This document shows, piece after piece, positions 11,727 to 22,370 of a stretch of DNA of 64,000 nucleotides (positions within the stretch are counted from its first letter, which is position 1; every line of letters starts with the position of its first letter). The notes beneath the pieces were generated by a model that made no database searches, had not been told where the DNA came from, and was given only the letters and a program-made list of their open reading frames with translations. Both the position numbers and the translations under genes were made by a program. This DNA comes from Malacoraja senta (taxonomy: Eukaryota). The stretch is taken from positions 10,044,001 to 10,108,000 of the forward strand of contig CM075984.1 of assembly GCA_038087875.1 (NCBI GenBank), read 5' to 3'.

Positions 11727-13739
11727 TCCTCGCTCCCCACTGATGACCCCTTTTCCCATCTCCAACGCACCCCATCCTCATGGAACCCCCCTCGCAGCCT
11801 TCCGGCTTTAGAACTCTTTATTAAAAACTGCCGCCGTGACATCAGCCGCCTCAACTTCTCCACTCCCCTGTCTCACTCCAATCTCTCCCCCCTTGAACGC
11901 ACTGCCATCGACTCACTCCGCAACAACCTAGATTGGGTTATCAAACCCGCCGACAAGGGAGGTGCCGTGGTAGTCTGGCGCGTCGACCTCTACAAAGCTG
12001 AGGCCACGCGCCAACTCTCGGACACCTCTTCCTACTTACCCCTGGACCATGACCCCACTGACGAGCACCAGGCCACCATCTCCAGCACCATCACCAACTT
12101 CATCCACTCCCACGCCCTGCCCGAACGAGGCTCCAACCTCATCGTTCCCCAGCCCCGCACAGCCCGCTTTTACCTTCTCCCCAAAATCCACAAACCTGAC
12201 TGTCCCGGTAGACCCATTGTCTCTGCCTGTTCTTGCCCCACCGAACTCATCTCCACCTACCTCGACTCCATACTATCCCCCTTGGTTAAATCCCTCCCCA
12301 CCTATGTTAAAGACACCTCAGACACTCTCCGTCATCTCCGCGCATTCCACTCTCTAGGCCCTCACCCCCTCATCTTCACCATGGACGTCCAGTCACTGTA
12401 CACCTCCATCCCCCACCAGGATGGTCTCAAAGCCCTCCGTTTTTTCCTCGACCGTAGAAGCAATCTATACCCGGCCACTGACACCCTCCTCCGCCTAGCG
12501 GAGCTGGTACTTACACTTAATAACTTTTCATTCGACTACTCCCATTTCCTCCAAATACAAGGCGTAGCTATGGGCACACGCATGGGCCCCAGCTACGCCT
12601 GCCTCTTTGTCGGGTACGTAGAACAATCCCTGTTCAATGCGTACCAGGGCCCCATCCCCGACCTCTACCTCCGCTACATCGATGATTGTTTTGGTGCCAC
12701 ATCCTGCACCCACACACAACTGACTGACTTCATCCGCTTCACCACCAACTTCCATCCGGCACTCAAATACACCTGGACCATTTCCGACACTTCCCTACCA
12801 TTCCTTGACCTCACTATCTCCATCGCAGGTGATAGACTCCTTACCGACATCCACTACAAACCTACCGACTCCCATGGCTATCTGGACTACACTTCTTCCC
12901 ACCCTGCTTCCTGTAAGGACTCCATCCCCCACTCCCAATTCCTCCGTCTACGCCGCATCTGCTCCCAGGATGAGGCGTTCCACACCAGGGCATCTGAAAT
13001 GTCCTCATTCTTCAGGGAACGGGGGTTCCCCTCCTCCACCATAGATGAGGCTCGCACCAGGGTCTCTGCCATACCCCGCAACACTGCTCTCTCTCCCCAT
13101 CCCCCCACTCACAACAAAGGCAGAGTCCCCCTAGTCCTCACCTTTCACCCCACCAGCCGTCACATACAACAAGTGATCCTCCGTCAGTTCCGCCACCTCC
13201 AACGTGACCCCACCACTCGCCACATCTTCCCATCTCCCCCTATGTCTGCCTTCCGCAAAGACCGCTCCCTCCGTAACTCCCTTGTCAATTCTTCCCTTCC
13301 CTCCCATACCACCCCCTCCCCTGGTACTTTCCCTTGCAACCGCAAGAGATGCAACACTTGTCCCTTCACTTCCCCCCTCCACTCCATTCCAGGACCCAAG
13401 CAGTCGTTCCAGGTGCGACAGAGGTTCACCTGCATCTCCTCCAACCTCATCTATTGCATTCGCTGCTCTAGATGCCAGCTGATCTACATCGGTGAGACCA
13501 AGCGGAGGCTTGGCGATCGTTTCGCCGAACACCTCCGGTCGGTCCGCAATAACCAACCTGAACTCCCGGTGGCTCAGCACTTCAACTCCCCCTCCCATTC
13601 CGTATCTGACCTCTCTGTCCTGGGTCTCCTCCATGGCCACAGCGAGCAACACCGTAAATTGGAGGAAATGCACCTCATATTCCGCTTGGGCAGTCTACAT
13701 CCTGGTGGCCTGAACGTTGAATTCTCCCAATTCTGCTAG
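11727..13739 (+). CDS. PLE reverse transcriptase / GIY-YIG endonuclease (open frame, N-terminus missing)
   Basis: IKPADKGG, FYLLPKIHK, GRPIVS, DVQSLYTSIP, GVAMGT, RYIDD, linker CNRKRCNTC, IYCIRC..IYIGETKRRLGDRFAEH; no stops. The ORF-track start at 11700 lies in flank/TSD. Confidence 0.9.
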   Translation, partial: SSLPTDDPFSHLQRTPSSWNPPRSLPALELFIKNCRRDISRLNFSTPLSHSNLSPLERTAIDSLRNNLDWVIKPADKGGAVVVWRVDLYKAEATRQLSDTSSYLPLDHDPTDEHQATISSTITNFIHSHALPERGSNLIVPQPRTARFYLLPKIHKPDCPGRPIVSACSCPTELISTYLDSILSPLVKSLPTYVKDTSDTLRHLRAFHSLGPHPLIFTMDVQSLYTSIPHQDGLKALRFFLDRRSNLYPATDTLLRLAELVLTLNNFSFDYSHFLQIQGVAMGTRMGPSYACLFVGYVEQSLFNAYQGPIPDLYLRYIDDCFGATSCTHTQLTDFIRFTTNFHPALKYTWTISDTSLPFLDLTISIAGDRLLTDIHYKPTDSHGYLDYTSSHPASCKDSIPHSQFLRLRRICSQDEAFHTRASEMSSFFRERGFPSSTIDEARTRVSAIPRNTALSPHPPTHNKGRVPLVLTFHPTSRHIQQVILRQFRHLQRDPTTRHIFPSPPMSAFRKDRSLRNSLVNSSLPSHTTPSPGTFPCNRKRCNTCPFTSPLHSIPGPKQSFQVRQRFTCISSNLIYCIRCSRCQLIYIGETKRRLGDRFAEHLRSVRNNQPELPVAQHFNSPSHSVSDLSVLGLLHGHSEQHRKLEEMHLIFRLGSLHPGGLNVEFSQFC

Positions 13740-13855
13740 CCCTGGCTGTCCCCTCCCCTTCATCAGCCATCTGGTTGCCTCCGCCCCTCCCCCAGCCCTC
13801 GGGCTCCTCCTCCTCCTTTTCCTTTTTTCCTTTCTTCTCCCCACCCCCTATCAGT

Positions 13856-13884
13856 CTGAAGAAGGGTTTCGGCCCGAAACGTTA
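13856..13884 (+). ncRNA. Minimal hammerhead ribozyme-like motif in the PLE pLTR
   Basis: CUGAAGA-A-GGGU(UUCG)GCCC-GAAA-CGUU: both core boxes, stem II and a palindromic minimal stem III; stem I is weak. Confidence 0.65.
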
Positions 13885-14503
13885 CCTATTTCCTTCGCTC
13901 CATAGATGCTGCTGCACCCGCTGAGTTTCTCCAGCATTTTTGTGTACCTTCTTCTCACTGATGTGCTGGAGAGAAACCAGCAGCCAGTTTGCTTTCACAA
14001 GCAATGTGCTAACTTCTAGATAATCTGTTCTGGAAATGATAATAGCGTGATAAATATTAGCAACATAGCTTCTGCTCTTCTTCAGAGATGAAGGATCACT
14101 AATATCCATCAGTCAGAGTGGGGCATTGAAATCTTTTCACAAAGCACAGCAGTTTTATGTGTTGTGTGCAAGAACATTAAAAAATAATCTGATTATTAAA
14201 TGCATTTGTAATTCTTGCTTTAGTTCTGAAAATTTCCTTACATCCCACAGGATGTTTTTTGAAGGTGAAGAGCAAAATTGCAATGAGAAAGACCGTGGGA
14301 ATAGACATTGGAGAATAATACATCCTTGTTTGACATTGATCTTCACTGAAATTGCTTCTGGATGTAGGTAATTTATTTTAGTATCATGGCTTGCATGCTG
14401 AAGTGACAGGAACGCAAGTTGGAGGTTTTTTTGTGAGCAGCCAAATTTGAGGTGGCTCTTCCGCAATCACTCTTGAATGATGCCATCAAAGTGTTTAGTG
14501 AGG

Positions 14504-16027
14504 GCAGAGGATGGGTTTCGCTATCTCGGCGTTTTTATCACAATACCCTTATCTGATATGTTCCGCACAAACTTTTTGCCTCTGGTTGAGAAAGCCGAAA
14601 AAGATTTTGATCGCTGGTCAGTCTTACCGCTATCCCTCATGGGCCGGATAAATCTGGTTAAGATGGTTGTCCTACCCAAATTCCTGTATCTTTTCCAGCA
14701 TGTCCCCATACTTATCACCAAATCTTTTTTTGACAAATTAGAAAGGACAATATCTAAATTCTTATGGGGTAGCAAACCGGTCAGAATCCGAAAGGCGATA
14801 CTGCAGTCGCCTAAGAGTGATGGCGGTTTGGCCCTCCCTGATTTTAGGCGATACTACTGGGCAGCTAACTTGCAAAAACTCCTGTATTGGATGAATGATG
14901 ATTGCGAGCACCCACCGATCTGGGTATACATGGAAAAGGTGAGTTCACGTCTCCCATTGCGGGCTGTCCTATGTTCCCAACTCCCCCTTTCTATAACATC
15001 TGTGGGTGCAGGCCCAATTGTGTCCCTTTCGCTCAAGATATGGAGTCAATTTAGGAAAAACCTCGGTTTACAGGGTCCTTCCATCTTGACCCCACAGCTT
15101 AAAAATCACATTTTTAAACCTTCAAGTATAGACCACGCATTTAAAACCTGGCATAGTAATGGCATCAGTAGTATTAAAAACCTATATAAGGATGGTATCT
15201 TCTCATCTTTCGCGGAGCTCTCGTCTAACTACAACCTCCCAAACTCCCACCTTTTTCGGTTTTTCCAGATAAGGGATTTTGTGAAGAAGACATTTCCCTA
15301 CTTCCCAAATCGCCCTCCTGAAACCCTGACTGATATCATCTTAGCTTTAGACCCCAAACAGAAGAAATGCATCTCTATTTTGTATAATTTGCTAGGGTCG
15401 GTTTTATTGAAAACTCATACCTCATTAAATGCTGCGTGGGAGGGAGAGCTGAATACAAAATTAACAGACCAGCAATGGGACTCTGCCTTGGATTTGATCC
15501 ACTCTTCTTCCATATGCGCTCGTCATGGCCTAATCCAATGCAAAGTCCTTTACAAAGTCCACTATACAAATGCAAGATTAGCTAGAATGTACCCAGCTGT
15601 CAATGACACCTGTAACAGATGTAGTCAATCTCCTGCCAACCATAGCCACATGTTTTGGTCTTGCCCTAAGCTAGCAGCCTTTTGGAGGAGTGCTTTTGAA
15701 TTGATAAGCAGAGCTTACGACCAGACTATTCTTCCAAATCCAATGTCAGCCATTTTCGGTACCCCTCCCAACACCAACCTCTCTGTTGCGGTGAAACGGG
15801 TCCTAGCTTTTACAACCTTGTTAGCCCGGAGACTGATCTTGCTTAGTTGGAGGCTCACCTGTCCCCCGACACACGCCCATTGGATTAAGGAGGTGCTTTA
15901 CAATCTGAAACTTGAAAAACTTAGGTTCTCTCTCAAAGGCTCTACCAAGACATTCCTAGATACATGGAACCCTTTCTTTGAACTGGTTAACTCTCTTACC
16001 TTGTCCCCGGACTCGGAAGAGGACTGA
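14504..16027 (+). CDS. L1 ORF2 C-terminal part (RT thumb + CCHC), uninterrupted
   Basis: FRYLGV, LSLMGRINLVKMVVLPKFLYLF, GGLALPDF, CNRC..H..H..WSC. Confidence 0.8.
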   Translation, partial: AEDGFRYLGVFITIPLSDMFRTNFLPLVEKAEKDFDRWSVLPLSLMGRINLVKMVVLPKFLYLFQHVPILITKSFFDKLERTISKFLWGSKPVRIRKAILQSPKSDGGLALPDFRRYYWAANLQKLLYWMNDDCEHPPIWVYMEKVSSRLPLRAVLCSQLPLSITSVGAGPIVSLSLKIWSQFRKNLGLQGPSILTPQLKNHIFKPSSIDHAFKTWHSNGISSIKNLYKDGIFSSFAELSSNYNLPNSHLFRFFQIRDFVKKTFPYFPNRPPETLTDIILALDPKQKKCISILYNLLGSVLLKTHTSLNAAWEGELNTKLTDQQWDSALDLIHSSSICARHGLIQCKVLYKVHYTNARLARMYPAVNDTCNRCSQSPANHSHMFWSCPKLAAFWRSAFELISRAYDQTILPNPMSAIFGTPPNTNLSVAVKRVLAFTTLLARRLILLSWRLTCPPTHAHWIKEVLYNLKLEKLRFSLKGSTKTFLDTWNPFFELVNSLTLSPDSEED

Positions 16028-16389
16028 GTGTTCTCCATCATCGTTTTGTTCTACAGCAGCTGCTTTCCCCTTAATCCCCCCTCCCTACAATTGTTTATTT
16101 AGATATATATGTATATATATATATATTTTATTTTTTTATTTTATCTATTTTTATTTTTATATAGCACATTTTGTCTCGTCTATTCTACCATTTGTGTGTG
16201 GATGTGTACGTATGTGAGTGTTGTTTGTCCTCGTTTGGCTCCGACCTGAATTGGGTGGGTTGAAGGTGGGTATGGGTAAGGGTTTTGAGGATCGCTTACA
16301 TACTGTTGTACAATTATGCCTTGATTATTACTGTCTGTTATTATTGTATGTATGTAAATTGCCGTGAAATTCAAATAAAAAGATTAAAT
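14504..16389 (+). mobile_element. 5'-truncated L1 LINE, young copy
   Basis: Exact 18-bp TSD tcaaagtgtttagtgagg (14486-14503, 16390-16407); ORF2 C-terminal half; AATAAA near the end. Confidence 0.92.
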
Positions 16390-16499
16390 TCAAAGTGTTT
16401 AGTGAGGTCAAAGAAAGTCAAGTATGAATGGTGCCAGTCCTTGTATGTTGCAAAACATACTTGGCTAATAAAGTATTATTGTGATTGTGATTGCGATTG

Positions 16500-16802
16500 A
16501 TTTAGAGATACAGCGTGGAAACAGGCCCTTCGGCCGATCGATTCCGCACCGACCAGTGATCTCCGCACACTAACACTATCCTACACACACTAGGGACAAT
16601 TTACACATATACCAAGCCAATTAACCTACAAGACTGTACGTCTTTGGAGTGAGGGAAGAAACCAAAGATCTTGGAGAAAACCCACGCAGGTCATGGGGAA
16701 AGTGTACAAACTCCGTAGAGACAGCACCTGTGGTCAGAATTGAACCTGGGTTTCTGCCGCTGTTCGGGCAGTCACTCTAGCACTGCACCACTACACTGCC
16801 CG
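16500..16802 (-). mobile_element. HE1/V-type SINE
   Basis: Same head, core and tail as the other copies. Confidence 0.85.
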
Positions 16803-17159
16803 TTGAGATCGACTGTGATTTGGGAAGCGGAATTTAGCAGTTGAGGGCGACCCTGACAATGATGGACAGCAGAGGCAGTCAGACCTATCTCCTTTCTTGA
16901 AGATGGGCATTATTACAGCATCTTTGAGCTCCCATCCTAATTTCTCCTATTCCAGGAGAGGACAATAAGAATTTAGATTTGTGATGAAGCTCTTCATGTT
17001 GTAGAGTATCAGTGGAGATGCCATCTCCTATTTAGTCTTATTATTTTCATTCGTGATATGGCCTTCTCCACTGGTCATCCAAACCTCAATAGTAAGGCTG
17101 AAATATTTATGAAATATTAAAAGTGATGCAATTTTTTTTAAATTAGAAAAACGATAGTG

Positions 17160-17470
17160 AAAGGCTTGGAGGGAGTGGATGTGGAGAGGATGTTTCCACT
17201 AGTGGGAGAGTCTAGGACTAGAGGCCATAGCCTCAGAATAAAAGGACGGTCCTATTAGATGAGGAGATGAGGAGAAATTTATTTATTCAGAGGGAGGTGA
17301 ATCTGTGGAATTCTTTGCCACAGGCGGCTGTAGAGGCCAAGTCAGTGGATATTTTTAAAGGCAGAGATAGATAGATTCTTGATTAGTGCAGGTGTCAGAG
17401 GTTATGGGGAGAAGGCAGGAGAATGGGCTGAGATGGATCAGCCATGATTGAATGGCGGAGTAGACTTGAG
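17160..17470 (+). mobile_element. CR1 3' fragment
   Basis: gtggatgtggagaggatgtttccact...gtgaatctgtggaattc...gatcagccatgattgaatggcgg. Confidence 0.8.
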
Positions 17471-17818
17471 CTCAAAGTAGACTTGTTTTAATGGGTTTCT
17501 GAGCCACTTCTCTGTGTAAAACCTAAAAGACCGGTGTTCTCAACCCTGGTAAGATCCAGTAGCACTTGTTTATAGTTACCAAATGTGTGAAAATCCCTAG
17601 AATAGTCCATTAATTATTGATCTATAATCAGCATAAAGCCACATTAAAAGTTGTAATATATCAGAGAAAACTCCAGTGATATTCCATCTGTCCAGAATTT
17701 GTAAAATATATTAAAACTATTAGCTATGATTGAATGGCGGAATAGACTTGATGGGCCGAATGGCCTAATTCTACTTGTATCACTTATGACCTATGACCTA
17801 AATCCTTCTTGAAAGTAA

Positions 17819-18744
17819 GATAGAAAACAAGGAACTGCAGGTACTGCCTTACTAAAAAAAATGGACACAAAATCAACGGGTCAGGCAGCATCTCCAGCAA
17901 ACGTGGTTAAGTGATGTTTCAGTTCGGGACCATTCTTCAGAACAATTGTGGTGTTTGTGGGGGGGGGGGGGGTGAGGGGAACGGGACAGTGAGAAACGAG
18001 AAAGAGAAGAGGGGCTTATAACCCAACAATATAAACGTTGAATTCTCCAATTTTAGACAATCCACCTACAAAACCTTGATCCCCTTCTCAGTGTCCCATC
18101 TGGATAGGTACCCATTTCACCCTTCCTCCTCACCTTCCGCCTATATTCCTATCTCTGGCTTCACAATTCTCACTTCTTCTCTCCTTATCTCACACCTTTG
18201 TCTTTTTAACTCTGGCCTTTGTCCAACCATTTGCCTATCAGCACCCCCTCACCTGTATCCACCTATCACTCGCCAGGCTTTGTCCTGCCTCTCTGCTTTC
18301 CCAGCTGCTCCTCTCCATCAATCAATCTGAAGGAGCGTCCCAATGGCCACAGTGGCGCAGCGGTAGAGTTGCTGCCTTACAGCACTTGCAGCGCCGGAGA
18401 CCCGGGTTCATTCCCGACTACGGGTGCTGTCTGTACGGAGTTTGTACGTTCTCACCATGACCGCGAGGGTTTTCTCCAAGATCTTCGGTTTTCTCCCACA
18501 CTCCAAAGACGTACAGGTATGTAGGTTAATTGGCCTGGTGTAGTGAATTGGTGTATGTGCAAATTGTCCCTAGTGTGTGTAGGATAGTGTTAATGTGCGG
18601 GGATCGCTGGGTGGTGTGGACTTGGTGGGCCGAAGGGCCTGTTTCCACACTGTATCTCTAAACTAACTTAAAATAAACCCAGAACATCCCCTGTTCCCCA
18701 GAGATGCTGCCTGATTCGTTGAGTTACTTCAGCACTTTGAGTCT
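17819..18744. mobile_element. PLE 3' fragment with inverted pLTR arm, interrupted by a SINE
   Basis: Exact 14-bp TSD cttcttgaaagtaa (17805-17818, 18745-18758); ORF tail aacgttgaattctccaatttt; pLTR halves on both sides of the SINE. Confidence 0.8.
18345..18676 (+). mobile_element. HE1/V-type SINE
   Basis: gtggcgcagcggtagag...gggttcattcc...ctgtatctctaaactaa. Confidence 0.88.
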
Positions 18745-19033
18745 CTTCTTGAAAGTAACCTGTTTAACCAAGCTCAGTTTTATATTGGTTAAAGTGTACT
18801 AACAAGCTCTCCATGAGAAGAGTAATTGAATGCTCCAAGCCACCTCCAGTTGCCGTTGAATCACTAATTAAATAGTATTAATTGCATGTATTTGTTTATA
18901 CAAGCTGGAAAACACTGTTGAAAACATATTAATCATTTTGTTACAGAATACTCCAAACACCATAACTTAATTTAAACTATTCATAAATAAAAATATTCAG
19001 CATGACTTTCAATTTTCAATGTTTTCAGGAGTT

Positions 19034-19280
19034 ATAGACAATAGACAATAGGTGCAGGAGTAGGCCATTCGGCCCTTCGAGCCAGCACCGCCATTCAATT
19101 TGATCATGGCTGATCATCCCCAATCAGTACCCCGTTCCCTGCCTTCTCCCCATATCCCCTGACTCCGCTATCTTTAAGAGCCATATCTAGCTCTCTCTTG
19201 AAAGTATCCAGAGAACCGGCCTCCACCGCCCTCAGAGGCAGAGAATTCCACAGACTCACGACTCCCCGTGTGAAAAAGAG
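19034..19280 (-). mobile_element. CR1 3' end
   Basis: (tagacaa)n tail and the CR1 3' UTR stem aggccattcggcccttcgagccagcaccgcc. Confidence 0.85.
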
Positions 19281-19648
19281 TTGCTTCTCCCTGGCACTTT
19301 GCCAAATAATTGAATCTAAATTTGATCATACCATTAATCAGGGATTCCTGATCATTTTGCATCCCGTTTACCCCTGGCAACTTTTATGGCACATAACAAT
19401 GTTTAATAGCACATAACAATATTTCACTTATTTATGACAACTAATGATGAACAGATGTCAGAACCAAACACTGTCAGTCAATGAGAAAAAATATGTACAA
19501 ATCCAGAATCAACAAATTTACCCCCTGGGTAGGCAAAATTTACCCCAGGTTGGGAACCCTTGCCATAAATGAAGATGCCACACTTTTACTGCCTCCTTTC
19601 CCATTGTCCTCAATACCGCCATCTCCCACCAGGAGAGCTTACGAACAT

Positions 19649-19868
19649 GAGTATAAAGGAACTGCAGATGCTGCTTTAAACCAAAGATAGACACAAAAAG
19701 CTAGAGTAACTCAGCGGGACAGGCAGCATCTCCGGAGAGAAGGAATGGGTGACATTTCGGGTCGTGACCCTTCTTCAGACTTCAGAAGAGTCTCGACCCA
19801 AAACGTCACCCATTCCTTCTCTCAAGAGATGCTGCCTGAGTTACTCCAGCATTTTGTGTCTATCTTGC
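19649..19868. mobile_element. Palindromic PLE mini-element
   Basis: Inverted pLTR arms; TSD gcttac(g/a)aacat at 19637-19648 and 19869-19880. Confidence 0.82.
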
Positions 19869-19989
19869 GCTTACAAACATTTTGTTTCTTCTCGATCAGA
19901 GGTCTAACCTGCCTCCTTCCACCGCCCACAATTCTTCAACAGGCTGGACATGTTCTCACTGACAATTTTTCTTTCAGCATCCCTCTCTT

Positions 19990-20535
19990 TGTCCACATGA
20001 AATGTGGAGCTGTAAGGACTCCTCCAAGTTCAAGCCAAGCCTATCTCCCTTGTGGAATACATGGAGCATTCTTTCCATTTCTCTACCTCTATCACAACTA
20101 CACTGACACACCGATACATCCTCTATATTTTCCTCACATGTGTTTTCTCCTCCACAATAGCTGACTGGGCCCTCAAGAGTATTATACTTCCACTCGTCTG
20201 CTTGCAAACTCTTTCCTTCCACTCTGAAGAAGAGAGTGTTAATCTTGTCTCCAACTTCCATCCAACCAGCTTCATGGAGAATGGATCATTCTCTAATATT
20301 TCGGTCACATCCAATGTGAAGCCAACACCAGAGTACTCTTTCCCTTCACTCCTCCTTTCAAATGTAGTACTTCTTTCAGAATCCACCTCTCCCAATATAG
20401 ATTCCCCTCCTCACAATAACATCTCCTGTAATGGTACCACAGCTGCCCTTTGCAAAGTGCAAGGTCAGAAGCATCCTTTCCAGATGAAACAAAGAATAAG
20501 CATGTCACATGCATTGCCCCCCCAAAAGATCTCCT
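19990..20535 (+). mobile_element. Old decayed PLE RT/linker fragment
   Basis: Remnants collinear with the intact PLE (tccatttctctacctct, tattatacttccactc, catcctttccagatgaaacaaag). Confidence 0.55.
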
Positions 20536-20849
20536 CTATATAGGCAGATAAATCCCCAGGGCCTGATGGTCTGCATCCCAGAGTATTCAAGGAGGTGGCA
20601 CTGGAAATCGTGGATGCATTGGTGATCATTTTCCAATGTTCTCTCAACTCTGGATCAGTATCTGTGCACTGGAGGTTAGCCAATGTAACTCCACTTTTTA
20701 AGAAAGGAGGTAGAGAGAAAGCGGGGAATTATAGACCAGTTAGCCTTACATCGGTAGTGGGGAAGATGTTTGAATCGATTATTGTGACAGGATTGGTCAA
20801 AGTCAGCATGGATTTATAAAGGGGAAATCTTGCTTGAATAACCTTCTGT

Positions 20850-21000
20850 TTAAGAAGGAATTGCAGATGCTGGAAAACCGAAGGTAGACAAAAATGCTGG
20901 AGAAACTCAGCGGGTGAGGCAGCATCTATGTAGCGAAGGAAATAGGCAACGTTTCGGGTCGCTGCCTCACCCGCTGAGTTTCTCCAGCATTTTTGTCTAC
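20850..21000. mobile_element. PLE mini-element (same subfamily as the intact PLE) inserted in CR1
   Basis: TSD cttga(a/t)taaccttctgt at 20833-20849 and 21001-21017; inverted pLTR arms. Confidence 0.85.
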
Positions 21001-21856
21001 CTTGATTAACCTTCTGTAATTTTTTGAGGATGTAACGAGTAGAGTGGATAAGGGAGAGCCAGTAGATGTGGTGTATCTGGACTTTCAAAAAGCCTTTGAC
21101 AAGGTCCCACACAAGAGATTAATGTGCAAAATTAGAGAACATGGTATTGGGGGTAGGGTATTGAGAACTGGTTGGCCGACAGGAAGCAAAGAGTAGGAAT
21201 TAACGGGTCCTTTTCACAATGGCAGGCAGTGACCCGTGGGGTGCCGCATGGCTCTGTGCTGCGATCCAGTTATTTACAATATATATTTATGATTTAGACA
21301 AGGGAATTAAATGTGACATCTACAAGTTTGCAGATGACACAAAGCTGCAATGTGAGCTGCAATGAGGATGCTATGAGGCTGCAGGGTGACTTTGATAGGT
21401 TGGGTGAGTGGGCAGATGCATGGCAGATGCAGTATAATGTGGATACATGTGAGGTTATCCAGTTTGGTGGCAAGAACAGGAAGGCAGATTATTATCTGAA
21501 TGCTGTCAGATTATGAAAAGGGGATGTGCAATGAGACCTGGGTGTGCTTGTACATCAGTCACTGAAATTAAGCATGCAGGTACAGCAGGCAGTGAAGAAA
21601 GCTAATGAGATGTTGGCCTTCATTGCGATAGGATTTCAGTTTAGGAGCAAGGAGGTCCTACTGCAGTTGTACAGGGCCCTGGTGAGACCGCAGCTGGAGT
21701 ATTGTGTGCAATTTTGGTCTCCTAATTTGAGGAAGGACATTATTGCTTTGAGGGAGTGCAGCGTAGGTTCACCAGGTTAATTCCCGGGATGGCGGGACTG
21801 ACATATGTTGAAAGAATAGGTCGACTGGGCTTGTATTCACTGGAATTTAGAAGGAT

Positions 21857-22370
21857 AATAGACAATAGACAATAGGTGCAGGAGTAGCCCATTCGGCCCT
21901 TCGAGCCAGCACCGCCATTCAATGTGATCATGGCTGATCATCCAAAATCAGTACCCCGTTCCTGCCTTCTCTCCATATCCCTTAACTCCGTTATCCATGA
22001 GAGCTCTATCCACAGAACCAGCCTCCACTGCCCTCTGAGGCAGACAATTCCACACACTCACAACTCTGTGTGAAAAAGATTTTCCTCATCTCCGTTCTAA
22101 ATGGCTTACCACTCATTCTTAAACTATTTTCCCTGGTTCTGGACTCCCCTAACATTGGGAACATGTTTCCTGCCTCTAGCATGTCCAAACCATTAATAAT
22201 CTTATATGTTTCAATAAGATCCCCTCTCATCTTTCTAAATTCATGAGTATACATGCCCAGCCGCTCCAATCTATCAATGTATGACAGTCCCGCCATCCCG
22301 GGAATTAACCTCGTGAACCAACACTGCACTCCCTCAATAGCAAGAATGTCCTTCCTCAAGTTTGGAGCCA
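21857..22370 (-). mobile_element. CR1 3' fragment inserted antisense inside the homologous CR1
   Basis: (tagacaa)n tail at the left; PNLRKDILAIEGVQ..RLIPGMAGLSY on the minus strand. Confidence 0.88.

Larger units (their letters stand above)
11727..13946 (+). mobile_element. Penelope-like element (Neptune type), 5'-truncated, with 3' pLTR
   Basis: 14-bp direct repeat ccttcttctcactg at 11713-11726 and 13947-13960; RT + GIY-YIG ORF; pLTR with hammerhead-like core. Confidence 0.93.
14280..16960 (-). mobile_element. Ancient RTE-type LINE remnant interrupted by an L1 and a SINE
   Basis: Minus-strand pieces LKFGCSQK, NVKQGCII, FFDLTKHFD (across the L1 TSD) and ELKDAVIMPIFKKGDRSDC (~16875-16930). 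Confidence 0.6.

Noticed and set aside
12049-13713. Overlapping and antisense ORFs within the PLE
   Set aside because: Shadow frames of a C-rich coding strand with no recognisable domains.
18345-18425. tRNA gene
   Set aside because: The A/B boxes belong to SINE heads followed by core and tail; no complete cloverleaf is supported (same for all copies).
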